Assembly (NCBI GenBank): GCA_963849325.1
Contig: CAWKHF010000010.1
Span: 128,001-192,000 of the forward strand
Source: an uncultured Planctomycetota bacterium
Lineage (GTDB): Bacteria > Planctomycetota > Planctomycetia > Gemmatales > Gemmataceae
Direction: 5' to 3'
Length of the DNA: 64,000 bases
A program made the position numbers and the translations under genes. Shown one piece after another: positions 31,739-43,303 of the stretch. How positions within the stretch are numbered: the first letter of the stretch is position 1; every line of letters begins with the position of its first letter. The notes beneath the pieces were generated by a model. That model had not been told where the DNA came from. It saw only the letters and a list, made by a program, of their open reading frames with translations, and searched no databases.

Positions 31739-32628
31739 ATGCGAACACAACCGCGATCCGCTTTCACGCTGTTTCAACTGCTGATCGTGATCGCCATCTC
31801 GCTCATTCTGATCGGCCTGCTGCTGCCGGCGGTGCAGAAGGTGCGCGCGGCGGCGGCGCGGACGCAGAGCATGAACAACCTCAAGCAATTGGCTCTCGGC
31901 CGCACACAACTATCACGACGTCAACAACGCCTTTCCGCCCGGCGTCGATGACAACCACTTTTCAGCCGCGCACAAGTTCTTGCCGTTCATCGAACAGAAC
32001 AACGTGTTCAATCGGATCGATTTCAAGAAGTCCATCGACGACAAGGCCAACGCCCCGGCCCGCAAGGCGCTCGATCAAGATGTTCCTCAGTCCGCTGGAT
32101 CCCATTCCGTCGGTGAAGGCGGAATGGGGCGCGACCAATTATCTCTTCAACGATCAGGTATTCTTCCTCAACTCCAAGATCGAAATCTCCGTTGACGATC
32201 CTGGACGGCACGAGCAACACCGTCATGACCGGTGAGACGCTCAAGGGCGACGGCAAGACCAAGGCGGTCGACGTCCGCCGCCAGTATGTGCTGCTGAAGA
32301 AAGAAGAGTCTGAAGGGCGTCGGGGCCGACACCGGCGTGAAGTATTTCAAGGACGACAAGAACATCGCCGGCGATCGCTGCGCCAGTTGGATGGACGGCC
32401 GTTTCCTGCAAGGCACCTTCAACGGCCGGCTGCGGATCAACGATCGAACGACCCGACGTCAGTTGCGGCGGCGTTAGCGGCGTCTCTTCCCTGCGCAGCT
32501 TCGAGTCCTTTGTAGTCATCGGCATGTGCGACGGAAGTGTGCGCATCGTCAGTAACAGTGTTTCACATGACACGTGGAAGACCGTCCTGACGCCCAGTGC
32601 CGGCGACCAACCCGGTGCCGATTGGTGA
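31739..32628 (+). CDS. DUF1559-like prepilin-type protein, copy 2; frameshifted
   Basis: [13 protein letters not shown]...[37 protein letters not shown]. Confidence 0.82.
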
Positions 32629-32639
32629 GCCGCTGTTCC

Positions 32640-32706
32640 CGTTTAGCCGCGACGCGCAGCGGAGCGCGGTAGCGTCCCGCGCTCCGCTGCGCGTCGCGGC
32701 TAAACG
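32640..32706. repeat. REP-like palindrome between convergent genes
   Basis: Same family as 3028-3092. Confidence 0.9.
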
Positions 32707-32710
32707 GGAA

Positions 32711-34655
32711 TTATCCCACCGTCGAAGGATCCAATCCAATCAATTGCAGCGCCTGGCGTTTGAAATCGGCCGCCAACTGCCGGATCAACTCATCCACTTC
32801 CTGACAGCCGCCCCGCCAATCCTCGTCGGACATGCCGGCGGGGCGCGGCGGCGAGCACGCTTCGAGGTACATCTTCGCCTTCGGCTCGGTGCCGCTGGGC
32901 CGCAGGACGACGCGCGCCTGTTCGCCGCAGCGGAAGACCAGCACGTTGCGCGAGGCGGCGTCGGTCGCGCCCTTGAGGGGCCCGAAGCGGCCTTGCTCGT
33001 CGCGCAGGTCCTCGACGGCGGTCACGGCCAGGCCGGCGATCTGCCGCGGCGGCGTCGCGCGCAGGCGGTCCAGCATGCGTGCCATCTGCTGCTTGCCCTC
33101 CAGGCCGCGCATGAACACCGACACGCCTTCGTTGCGGAAATAGCCGAACTCGCGGGACAGCCGTTCCAGGTAATCGAGCACCGTCTGGCCGCGGCGCTTC
33201 TGGTCGAGGGCCAGCTCCGCCAGCAGCAGGGCGGCCCCGGCCGCGTCCTTGTCGCGGATGTGCGGCGTCACCAGGATGCCGTGGCTCTCCTCCACGGCGA
33301 TGACGAAATCGTCCGGCGTGCCGGTCACGTCCTCGTAAGCGCCCTCGTCGCTCCAGGTGCCATAGCACATCGGCGATGTACTTGAAGCCGACCAGCAGAT
33401 CGTCGACGACCTGCGCCTTGAAGTGGCGGGCGATGCGCGTGACCTGGCCGGTCGTGACCTCGGTGCGGACGACGATCGGCGACGGCGGCAAGCCGGCCCT
33501 GCTGCGTCAGCTTGTTCAGCTTGAAGTGCGTCAGCAGGGCGGCGATCTCGTTGCCGGTGAGGACGTGCCAGTTGGCCGGTTCGGTCGGGGACCATCGCGC
33601 CGAGGCGGTCGGCGTCGGGGTCGGTGGCCAGCACCAGGTCGGCGCTTGTGCGCGCGGGCCGTGGCCGCGGCGCGGTCCATCGACTCGGGCACTTCCGGGT
33701 TCGGCGTCTTGGTGACGTTGGGGAACTGGCCGTCGGGCGTCATCTGCTCGGCGACCGGCACGACGCGGAAGCCCTGGCCGACGAGCGTCTCCATCGCGGT
33801 CAGCGCGCCGACGCCGTGCAGCGGCGTGAAGACGACCTTGAAGTCGTCGAGCTTCGGCGGCGGCACCAGGCTCTGCTTGCGGCACAGGTCGATGTAGGCG
33901 CGGTGCGGCGCCTCGTCGAGGAAGTGGAGCCGGCCGCGAGCGCTGCGCCTCGGGCCACGGCAGCGACTTGATGACCGTGCACCTGATCGACGAGGTCGGC
34001 CATGATCTGGTCGTCGGGCGGCACCGGCTGGCCGCCGCGCTCGTCGTAGAACTTGCCGCCGTTGTCGTCGGGCGGGTTGTGCGAGGCGGAGAGTTCAGGC
34101 CGCCGTGCGCCTGCAGGTAGCGGATGGTGAAGGACAGCTCCGGCGTGGCGAGGTAGTGCTTGCTGTCCGGCGGCAGGATGTGGGCGTGAATGCCGTTGGC
34201 GGCGTAGACGCCGGCGGCGTGCTGGGCCAGGTCGCGCGAGGACAGGTGCAGCACCGGGTTGGGCAGCGCCGGGTTGTACTGCCGGCGCTGGTCCTCGAAC
34301 TGGCGCACGTCGTAGGCGAGGACGACGCGCAGCGGCTCGACGCCGGGAAAACGCTCCTTGCAGATATTCGCAATGTCCCTGAACGGAGGCGCGCGAGCGT
34401 CCAGAGGTTCATGCGGTTGGGGCCGATGCCGACGGCGCCGCGCCGGCCGCCGGTGCCGAAGGGCAGGATCTGATAGAAGCGGTCGAGCAGGCCCGCCCAC
34501 TGCTTCGACTCGATGAGCCATTGCAGCTGGGGGCGGTAGGGGGCGAAGTCCGTTTCGGTCAGCCACTGTCGTAAGAACTTCAGCGCCTGGTCCTTCAGGG
34601 CGGCGTCCGCTTCGATCCCCCGGAAGCCCTCGGTGGCCTGGGCCAGCAACTCCAT
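32711..34655 (-). CDS. Phosphoglucomutase/phosphomannomutase; multiple frameshifts
   Basis: FGTGGRRG, SASHNPP, TPLHGVG, DPDADR, VGFKYI, EESHG, RPSGTEPK. Confidence 0.9.
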
Positions 34656-34774
34656 AATGCAACCTCATCCTGAAGATACGGTTCCGGTCGAATCCGTCGA
34701 AATGGTACTCGACAGAGCAGAGAGAGGGAAGAGAGAGTGAAGGACGCTGCGGCGCCGCAGCGGATTGGGGTATT

Positions 34775-34807
34775 TTCGTTAGCCCAGCCCTGGCTGAGCT
34801 AACGAAA
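34775..34807. repeat. Hairpin in divergent intergenic region
   Basis: TTTCGTTAGCCCAGCCCTGGCTGAGCTAACGAAA. Confidence 0.6.
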
Positions 34808-34956
34808 CCAACCCCCTACTCCCCGGATCAACGCACGCACCCGCAGGGTGTTACCTCCGCCAAAAATGCTTGACTCTGCCGCTACGGTGGGATAGCAGTA
34901 AGGAGATAGCCCTCCCGCCTCGTCCGCCGCCTCCCCGCCGTGCGAAAGGATGCGTT

Positions 34957-36594
34957 ATGTTCCCCTCCTGCACGCCTCTTCGTCTCCCGCTCGTTCTCTG
35001 CCTGACGGCACTGTCGCCGATGATGGCCTCCGCACAGACCTCTCTGCACCAGCGCATCGACCAGGTTCTCGCCGCGGGGCAAGCCGACTTCACCCGGCGC
35101 GCGGCCGGACCTGCCTCCGACGCCGAGTTCCTCCGCCGCCTTTCTCTCGACCTGACCGGCACCCTCCCCACGACGACCCAGGCGCGTGACTTCCTCAAGG
35201 ACCGCTCGGCCAACAAACGGCAAGCGCTGATCGATCGTCTGCTGGCCGGCCCGGAGCACGCCCGTCATCTGGCCACTGTACTCGACGTCATGCTCATGGA
35301 GCGCCGACCGGACAAGCACGTGCCTCATGCGGCGTGGCTCGAATATCTCCGAACCGCCGTGGCGGCGAATCGGCCGTGGGACGAGTTGGTGCGCGAAATC
35401 CTTTCCGCCAATGGCGCCGACGCCAAACAGCGGCCGGCGGCGAAATTCTACCTCGACCGCGACGCCGAACCCAACCTGCTGACGCGCGACATCAGCCGCC
35501 TGTTCCTGGGCACCAACCTGCAATGCTGTCAGTGCCACGACCATCCGCGCATCGACGATTACAAGCAGCTCCATTATTACGGCCTGTTCGCCTTCGTCAG
35601 CCGCAGCTCGGTCGTCGTCGATCCGAAGCGGAAGCTGGCCGTGCTGTCCGAGAAGGCCGACGGCGCCGTGACGTTTCAATCGGTCTTCGACCCGGCCAAG
35701 GTGACGAAAAGCACCGGGCCGCGCCTGCCGGAGAAACCGCCGCTCAAGGAACCGGCCGTCGAGAAGGGCAAGGAGTACGTCGTCGCCCCGGCCCCCGGTG
35801 TGCCGGCCGTGCCGCGCTACAGTCGCCGCGCCTTGCTCGGCCCGGAACTGGCCCGCGCCGACAATGAGTCGTTCAAACGCAACATCGCCAACCGTCTCTG
35901 GGCGTTGATGATGGGCCGTGGCCTGGTGCATCCGCTCGACCTCGATCATTCGGCCAACCCGCCTTCGCATCCGGAATTGTTGACAATGTTGGCCGACGAC
36001 ATTGCCGCTCGCAAGTTCGACATGCGCGGCTTCCTCCGCGAGCTGGCCCTCAGTCAGACGTATCAGCGTTCGAGCGTGCCGCCCCCTAGCGTCAAGGAAG
36101 CGGCGCCAACGAGCTACACCGTCGCCCTGCTCAAGCCGCTGACGCCGGAGCAACTGGCCTGGAGTTTCATGCAGGCAACCGGCCTGACCGACGCCGAGCG
36201 TCAGGCACTGGGCAAGAACGCCACGGAGGCGACGCTGTACGCGCGGCTGGCCGGCAACGTGACGCCGTTCGTGCGGACGTTCGGCGGTTCGGCCGGCAAA
36301 GCGGAGGAGTTCGACGCCCGACTTGAACAGGCGTTGTTCCTGGCCAACGGGCCGACCGTGCGCGGCTGGCTGTCGCCGCGGCCCGGTAATTTGATCGACC
36401 GCCTGGCGCGGCTGACGAACACGGATGCCGTGGCGGAGGAGCTGTATCTGAGTGTGTTCACACGCTGGCCCGGCGTCGAGGAGCGCAAGGAGGTCGCCGT
36501 CTTCCTGGCGAGTCATCCACAAGATCGCACGGCGGCGCTGCAAGACATGGCCTGGGCTCTGCTGGCGTCGGCGGAGTTTCGCTTCAATCATTGA
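34957..36594 (+). CDS. DUF1549/DUF1553 protein
   Basis: FLRRLSLDLTGTLP, CCQCHDHP, NRLWALMMGRGLV, NPPSHPELL, EFRFNH. Confidence 0.93.
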   Translation: MFPSCTPLRLPLVLCLTALSPMMASAQTSLHQRIDQVLAAGQADFTRRAAGPASDAEFLRRLSLDLTGTLPTTTQARDFLKDRSANKRQALIDRLLAGPEHARHLATVLDVMLMERRPDKHVPHAAWLEYLRTAVAANRPWDELVREILSANGADAKQRPAAKFYLDRDAEPNLLTRDISRLFLGTNLQCCQCHDHPRIDDYKQLHYYGLFAFVSRSSVVVDPKRKLAVLSEKADGAVTFQSVFDPAKVTKSTGPRLPEKPPLKEPAVEKGKEYVVAPAPGVPAVPRYSRRALLGPELARADNESFKRNIANRLWALMMGRGLVHPLDLDHSANPPSHPELLTMLADDIAARKFDMRGFLRELALSQTYQRSSVPPPSVKEAAPTSYTVALLKPLTPEQLAWSFMQATGLTDAERQALGKNATEATLYARLAGNVTPFVRTFGGSAGKAEEFDARLEQALFLANGPTVRGWLSPRPGNLIDRLARLTNTDAVAEELYLSVFTRWPGVEERKEVAVFLASHPQDRTAALQDMAWALLASAEFRFNH

Positions 36595-36625
36595 CACTCG
36601 GCTCGCCCGATGCGGAGAGAATTCT

Positions 36626-37915
36626 ATGTGGTGCTCCTACGCTTGCGATTCGGCGGACCATCTGCTTTCCCGTCGGCATTTCCTCGCCAGCATGGCGACG
36701 GGGGCGCTCGAGGCGCTGTCGCTGGGTTCGTTCGTCCGGCCGGCGTTCGCCCGTGAACTGGACAGGCAACAGAAGCGTGTTCTCATGATCTGGCTTCACG
36801 GCGGGGCGAGTCAGCTCGAAACATGGGACCCCAAGCCCGGCACGAGCACTGGCGGGCCGTTCCAGGCCATCCCGACGTCGGTGCCCGGCATCCACATTTG
36901 CGAGCTGCTGCCGTACACCGCGAAGCAGATGCACCATCTCGCCCTCATTCGCGGTCTCAACACCGCCGAGGACGATCACGGCAAGGGCGCTTACATCATG
37001 CACACTGGCCGGCGGCAGGAGCCGGCGATGAAGTGGCCGCACCTCGGCTCGGTGTGCGCCAAGCTGCTCGGCGACGGCGACAATCCGCTACCCGGCTACA
37101 TCCACATCACGCCGCGCGGCAACGGCGGCGTCAACAGCGAGGACGCCGCCTTCCTCGGCCCGCGCTACGCCTCCGTGTCCCTGAGCGATGGCCACGCTCC
37201 GGCCAACCTCGACCGCCCGCCGGCGCTCAGTGAAATCGCCGACCGTCAGCGGCACCAGTTCCGCATGAACGCCGACGAGCGTTTCCGCCGCTCGCGCCGC
37301 ACGGCCCAGACCGAGGCGTACACCCACTCTTACGATCAGGCCGCCCAGCTCATGCGTCGGCGCGATCTTTTCGACATCGCCAAGGAGCCGCCGGCCGTGG
37401 TTGATCGCTACGGCCGGCACGACTTCGGACGGCACTGCCTGATGGCCCGCCGTCTGCTCGAAGGCGGCGCCACCTTCGTCAAGGTGGCCCACTCCAACTA
37501 CGACACGCACCACGAAAACTTCGACTTCCACATCGAGCAGCTCGGCGAGTTCGATCGACCGTTCGCCACGCTGCTCGACGACCTGCGCGAGCGTGGTCTG
37601 CTGTCCAGTACGCTGGTCGTCGTCCTGTCGGAGTTCGGCCGGACGCCGCGGATCAATCGCAATTACGGCCGCGATCACTGGTCGCGCGCCTGGTCAATCG
37701 CCCTGGCCGGCTGCGGCATCAAGGGCGGCTCCGTCAGCGGCAAGACCAACGCCGAGGGCACCGCCGTCACCGATCGACAGGTCCACGGCGGCCACCTGTT
37801 CCATACCTACCTCCGTGCTCTCGGCTTCGACTCGAAGAAGAACTTCTACGTCGAGCAGCGGCCCATCGCCATCGCCGATCCGAAGGCCGCCCCCGTCACG
37901 GAGGTGCTGGCATGA
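36626..37915 (+). CDS. DUF1501 protein
   Basis: SRRHFL; GGASQLETWDPKP; YDTH; SEFGRTP; GRDHW. Confidence 0.93.
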   Translation: MWCSYACDSADHLLSRRHFLASMATGALEALSLGSFVRPAFARELDRQQKRVLMIWLHGGASQLETWDPKPGTSTGGPFQAIPTSVPGIHICELLPYTAKQMHHLALIRGLNTAEDDHGKGAYIMHTGRRQEPAMKWPHLGSVCAKLLGDGDNPLPGYIHITPRGNGGVNSEDAAFLGPRYASVSLSDGHAPANLDRPPALSEIADRQRHQFRMNADERFRRSRRTAQTEAYTHSYDQAAQLMRRRDLFDIAKEPPAVVDRYGRHDFGRHCLMARRLLEGGATFVKVAHSNYDTHHENFDFHIEQLGEFDRPFATLLDDLRERGLLSSTLVVVLSEFGRTPRINRNYGRDHWSRAWSIALAGCGIKGGSVSGKTNAEGTAVTDRQVHGGHLFHTYLRALGFDSKKNFYVEQRPIAIADPKAAPVTEVLA

Positions 37916-38929
37916 CTCCCGCCCCGGCCGCGAAGATCGACCCAACCAAGACGCATCCAATCCAGGAGCACAAGCACACCAGTCCGCTGCTGGGCTGCAG
38001 GCTCGCCCCGTCCGGGCGATTCGTCTTCGCGGGCGCCCAGGACAACGCCGTGATTCGCTGGCACCTCGACGGCGGCAAGAAGACGCTGCTGACGGGCCAC
38101 AAGAGCTGGGTGCGTACACTGGCCTTCGCGGCGAAGGAGAAGCTCCTGTTCTCCGGCGACTACGCTGGCCGCGTACACGTTTGGCCGGTGGATAGCGAGC
38201 AGCCGACGGTGCTGCGCACCATCGAAGCGCACCGCGGTTGGGTCCGCGCCCTGGCCGTCAGTCCCGACGGCCAGACGCTCGCCTCATGCGGCAACGATCA
38301 CCTCGTCAAACTCTGGTCGGTCCCCGACGGCAAGCTCGTCCGCGAGCTGGCGGGCCACGCCTGCCACGTTTACAACACCGCCTTCCACCCCGACGGCAAA
38401 CTCCTGGTCTCCGCCGACCTCAAGGGCGTCGTCAAGGTGTGGGGCTTGGCGAAAGGCGAGGTCGACGCGGGAGCTGGACGCGAAGATCCTCTACAAATAC
38501 GATCCGTCTTTCCTGGCGGACATCGGCGGCGTGCGCGGTATGGCGTTCAACTCGGATGGCTCGCTGCTGGCTTGCTCCGGCATCACGGACGTGAGCAACG
38601 CCTTCGCCGGCGTCGGCAAGCCGCTCGTCGTACTGTTCGACTGGGCGACGGGCAAGACGAAGCAGTTGTTGCGTCCGAAGGCGAACTTCCAGGGCACCGC
38701 CTGGGGTGTGATCGTTCATCCGGCCGGCTTCGTCGCCGGCGTCGGCGGCGGCAACGGCGGCGCCCTGTGGTTCTGGAAGCCCGACAGTGCTCAGGACTTC
38801 TTCGCCCTGGCCCTTCCCAACAACGCGCGCGACCTCGACCTGCACCCCGATGGCCGGCGCCTGGCCGTGGCCTTCTTCGATGGTGCTGTCCGTATCTATG
38901 GCATGGAAGCGAACGCCGCTGCCAAGTAA
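37912..38929 (+). CDS. WD40 repeat protein; frameshift near 38465
   Basis: GHKSWV, AHRGWV...SPDG...VKLW, GHACHV...HPDG. Confidence 0.9.
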
Positions 38930-39152
38930 GGGTCGGTTGCCCAAGCCGTTTGCGGTTTGGCGAGGCTGCGGAAACGCTAAGTAATGAAAAAATGATGATA
39001 ATGAAAAATGGATCTTGAAGTCTTCATTCTCCCTTGTTACCATCGCCTTTTCTTGGGAAAGAGGATAATGGTGCAGTTACTCCTGAGCACAATTGCCATG
39101 GAGTGCACCTATGTCCCGTCCAATCACCGACAACAATTCTGAAAACTCATGC

Positions 39153-39407
39153 TGCCACTGCGCCATGCGCCATGCGCCACTTCGCCATGCGCCATGCGCA
39201 TGCCACTGCGCCATGCGCCATGCGCCATGCGCCATGCGCCATGCGCCATGCGCCATGCGCCATCGCGCCATGCGCCAGTGCGCCATGCGCCATGTCCTGC
39301 CATGCGCCATGCGCCATGCGCCATGGCGCCACTGCGCCATGCGCCATGCGCCATGCGCCATGCGCCACTCGCGCCATGCGCCATGCGCCATGCGCCATGC
39401 GCCATGC
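39153..39407. repeat. Heptanucleotide tandem array (TGCGCCA)n, roughly 35 units with variants
   Basis: Directly visible. Confidence 0.95.
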
Positions 39408-39495
39408 AGTGGGGTTACGCCCTTTCCCGTCTGCCTTAACCGTAAAGTTCCCCGTCGATTCCCTCGCCCCAGGATGTCTCAGAAGAGGAGATGCC

Positions 39496-39825
39496 ATGCG
39501 TAGACAGCTCGCCGCGATGTTGCGCTGCTTGGCCCTGTTGCTGGACCCGGCGTCTGGCGGAGTCCAGTTCGCCACGCAAGGAAACACGGTCCCGTCTGGA
39601 GGACCGGGGCGCGGGTCGTACCTATGGTATGGTCCGGACGATCCCAGTTCGACCGGGCTGTGGAGTGACCCGTTGATGTGGTCGCCCAAAGACGGGTCCG
39701 GTCCCCAACCCTGCGCCTTGGTGACGTTGGGTTCCTCGTTGGAAGTGATGAAATCGGCGACCGACGAGAGCACGGTGGACAAAGCCGAGGAGGCGAGGGA
39801 CGAAGGGCCGAAGCCGCAGGCGTAG
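39496..39825 (+). pseudogene. Short ORF, possible remnant of an adhesin-like N-terminus
   Basis: GAGGAG RBS; LWYGP...GLWSDPLMWSP resembles WNDPDNW in 41471 ORF. Confidence 0.35.
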
Positions 39826-39871
39826 GTATCGCACCGAGGTTTGCTGACGATCATTCGAGGGAGGAAGCATC

Positions 39872-41297
39872 ATGTTGTCCATTCGGGTTGTTGGCCTGCG
39901 CACCTGTGCGGGCTCGCTATGCGGCGCGATGATGCTGGTGTGCGCCGCGCCGGCGTGGGCCGATCCCAAGCCGCTGACCAAGGAGGAACAGGCCAAGGTC
40001 GATCGGGCCATTGATCGCGCCGTTGCGCTCTTGAAACGTGCCGCAGACAAAACAAGGAGACTGGCCCCGATACTGGCCAACCCAGCATCTCGTCGGTCAA
40101 TGCGCTCTGCCGGCTTACGCGCTGTTGGAAGCTGGCGTACCGGCCGACGATCCGGTCATCCAGAAGGCCGCTGACTTTCTCCGCGCGCTGGTCCTCGCCA
40201 ACGATCGGACCTACGAAGTCTCGCTGGCCCTTCTCTTCTTTGATCGTCTCGGCGATGCCAAGGACAAGCCGCTGATCCGGACTCTGGCCTTGCGGTTGAT
40301 CGCCGGGCAGCATGTGACGGGGGGATGGAATTACGGCTGCATCCGCATGGGAAAGGAGAGAGAGGACGTTCTGTTCAAGGCATTGGTGGAGTTGAACAAG
40401 CGGCAGGAAGCGGGGGGCAAATTGACGATCAAATTCTTGAAGGATCTCCATCTTCCGACCTCGGTACGCGCTCTGGCTGTGTTCCGCGATCCGAGTCAGT
40501 TGCCTTGGCAGGATCCGCCGGATTCCGAGGTCAATATGCGTGTCGTTCCCATCGTGGGCACGACGGACAACTCGAATACGCAGTTCGCCATGCTGGGGTT
40601 GTGGGCGGCCCAGCGGCATGATGTGCCGGTCGGCCCCACGTTCCGCCTGATGGTCGAACGCTTCGAGAGAACGCAAAAGCCCAATGGCTGGTGGATGTAT
40701 CTTCTCGATCGGAATCGTGGGAAGCCAGATAACCATCATCCTTCAATGATCTGTGTTGGCTTGCTTGGTTTGGCTATCGGCCGTGGGCTGAAGTCCACGA
40801 CGCCTGGAGCGTTGCGGTCGGACAAGGTAGACCTCCCGGTTATTGCAGGTCTTGCGGCTCTCAGTCAAGATATTGGTGTCGCGGCCGCCGGTTTGGGCGA
40901 TATCGCATGTCGAGGCCCGTATTATCTGTGGTCGGTTGAGCGTGTGGCGATGCTCTACAATCTACCGACCATCGGTGATAAGGACTGGTATCGTTGGGGA
41001 GCGGGGATCCTCGTTACCAGTCAGAGGCCAAGCGGAGAGTGGAGGGCTTTCTCGGTTAGCATCAACGGCCTACCCACGGTTAACCACGGTCCCATCGTGA
41101 ATACGTCTTTTGCCTTGTTGTTTCTCAAACGCTCGCATCCCATGAAGGAATTGACGCCAAAGTTACTCTTCACCGCTAAGGAACTGAATCAGGGGGTCGC
41201 TCGATTGCTAGTGGATAAGAAACTCGCAGGACAGACAGGAGCAATTTCGAGGGAAAGCAAGACCCTTGAAAGTCCAAGCAAGGTCCGTGATCCCTGA
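39872..41297 (+). CDS. Secreted prenyltransferase/squalene-cyclase-repeat protein; frameshift near 40045
   Basis: VDRAIDRAVALL; ALLEAGV; GQ...GGWNY; DNSNTQFAMLGLW; YYLWSVERV; TSFALLFL. Confidence 0.82.
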
Positions 41298-41470
41298 ACG
41301 ATCCAATCGCTCAGGTTAATGGATAGTCCATTCATTACTCCGCGTTCGACGCGAAGCCGAAGATACTCTGCGCGTTGTCGATGCCGATGCCGAGCGATCA
41401 GGCGGATGGCGGAGACCATGCAAACTCTGGAGAGTTGGTGCATCGCTTCTATTCTTAAAGGAGGTCTTCT

Positions 41471-43139
41471 ATGTGGTCCATGCTCACACGTTTGCGCGAG
41501 AAGTTTTTGCCGAGCATCCCGCCAAGGACTGTTCGCCGTGCATCCTGGTACTTCCGCCCCCATTTGGAAGCTCTGGAAGACCGTCTGGTGCCCGATGCCG
41601 TCACCTTCACGGGCGGTGGTAACGGCACCAGTTGGAACGATCCCGATAACTGGGTCGATCTCAATAACGGTGCAAATGTTGTGCCCGGAGCGTCGGACGA
41701 TGCGTCCATCCTCATTGCCGCTACCGTCGTTATCTCTGGGGCGGCCGCTAACGTCAACAGCCTGGTCACCCTTCCCGGCAGCGTCCTCACGGTCACGGCC
41801 GGCAATCAACTGACGATCAACAACAACGTGCCGGGCACCACCTCCAGTCCGTTGGCGGGATCGGTCATCGATCTGGGCCGCATCGTCGCCAACACCAGCG
41901 ACCCCCTCAACGGCACCGGCGTCGTCTTCGGCGGCGGCGCCGTCATCGGACCCGGAGACCTCAACGGCAACCTCGACGCCGGACCCAACTCCTCCATCAC
42001 CTTTGCGCCCACCAACACCGGCGAATTCGTCGCCGGTGCCACCTTTGGTCTCGGCACCGGCAACATCATCATCGCCGGTCCCGTCCAGGTGGACGGCACC
42101 CTCGATGACAACACCGCCACCCTGAACGTCGTCACCGGCGGCACCCTCATGTCGGCCCCCGGCTCCACGGCAGGCGCGGTCAACGAGAATGCCACCTGCA
42201 ACTGGACGGGCGGCTTCATCGCCCTGGCCGGCGGCTTCAACGTCGGTTCGTCGGGCAGTCTTACCGCCAGCGGCCCCGACACGAAGTATCTCGCGGGCCC
42301 TCTGAGCAACCAGAGCGCTTTCACCAGCCTGGGCGGGGCCGGACCCTTGTTTCTGGCCAGTTCTACCGCGTCCATCAGCAACGTCGTGGGCCACATGACC
42401 CTGTCGCTACCCCTGATCGCTGGCGTCGTTGGCAGCGGCGGCATCAGCAACTCTCCTCTGGGCACCCTTGAGGCGGCCCCGCCGGACGGTGCGCCGAATC
42501 ATCCTCTCCCCGTTCACCAACAACGGCAATCTGACAGTGGACGGCGGCGTCAATCTGACGCTGGTGGGCGGCACCGACCCAAGCGGCGCTTCGACGGTGG
42601 CCCTGGATGGCGTGATGCAGTTGATGGGCAACCTGACTCTGCAAGGTCCGATCGATTCGCCGACGGGGTTCGTGGAGGACGCCGCCCCCGGCTTCATCGT
42701 GGTCGGCGACCTCCATGCCGGTAACCCCAGCGTGCTGACGGTGGGCGCCGGTGCCGTCGCCAGCGTCAACGGCAACCTGGAGGTGACCTACCTCGGCACG
42801 CTGACGGGAGGAGGCGAGGTCATCAATGGCGGCCGGCTGCAATTGGACGCGGTCAGCAGCACGGCGGGTCTGGGTTCGTACCAGCAGCTGTCCGAGGGCA
42901 CGCTGGCCGTGGATGAACTGCCGGAGGAGTTTCCCACGGTGCTGGCCGTCACCGGCACGGCGCAATTGTCGGGCAACCTCATCCTGCTGAATTACACGCC
43001 GGTGGTGGGAGATGCCTTCACGGTGGTGACGGCGGGAGCTGTCAGCGGTCACTTCGATACGATCCCCGATGGTATGGAAGAGACCGATGGCCCCACCTCC
43101 GTGACAGTCACGCAAGTCAACCCGCCAGCCGGCCAGTGA
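41471..43139 (+). CDS. Planctomycete extracellular beta-helix/adhesin-like protein; frameshift near 42500
   Basis: FRPHLEALEDRLVP motif; Gly/Thr/Asn/Val-rich body; 'LAVTGTAQLSGNL...VGDAFTVVTA..VSGHF' tail. Confidence 0.82.
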
Positions 43140-43303
43140 ATCGTTGACCGCGCGGCGTGCGATGTCTGCCCAAGTCGCTTGCGACTTCGTACAGCGGCGC
43201 ATAGAAAAGGTACTTAGAAATTCGGCCGTGAGGAATTTCGATACCTCTTTTACGCTCCGCTGTATCAGGTCGCAAGCGGGGAGGAGATGCGCGAGGATAC
43301 ACC

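Noticed and set aside
27719-34655. Programmed frameshifting or mass pseudogenisation
   Set aside because: Indels are scattered, show no consistent slippery sites and hit housekeeping genes; sequencing error is more parsimonious
34882-36597. Long antisense ORFs (also 1803-3260, 16258-17829, 26196-27533, 52935-54503)
   Set aside because: Shadow ORFs expected opposite high-GC genes; no motifs
39153-39407. Possible CRISPR array
   Set aside because: No unique spacers, 7-bp unit, no cas genes
39034-39503. HAPCAMR / AHGAWRM repeat proteins
   Set aside because: Translations of a stop-free 7-mer array in all six frames; no evidence of coding
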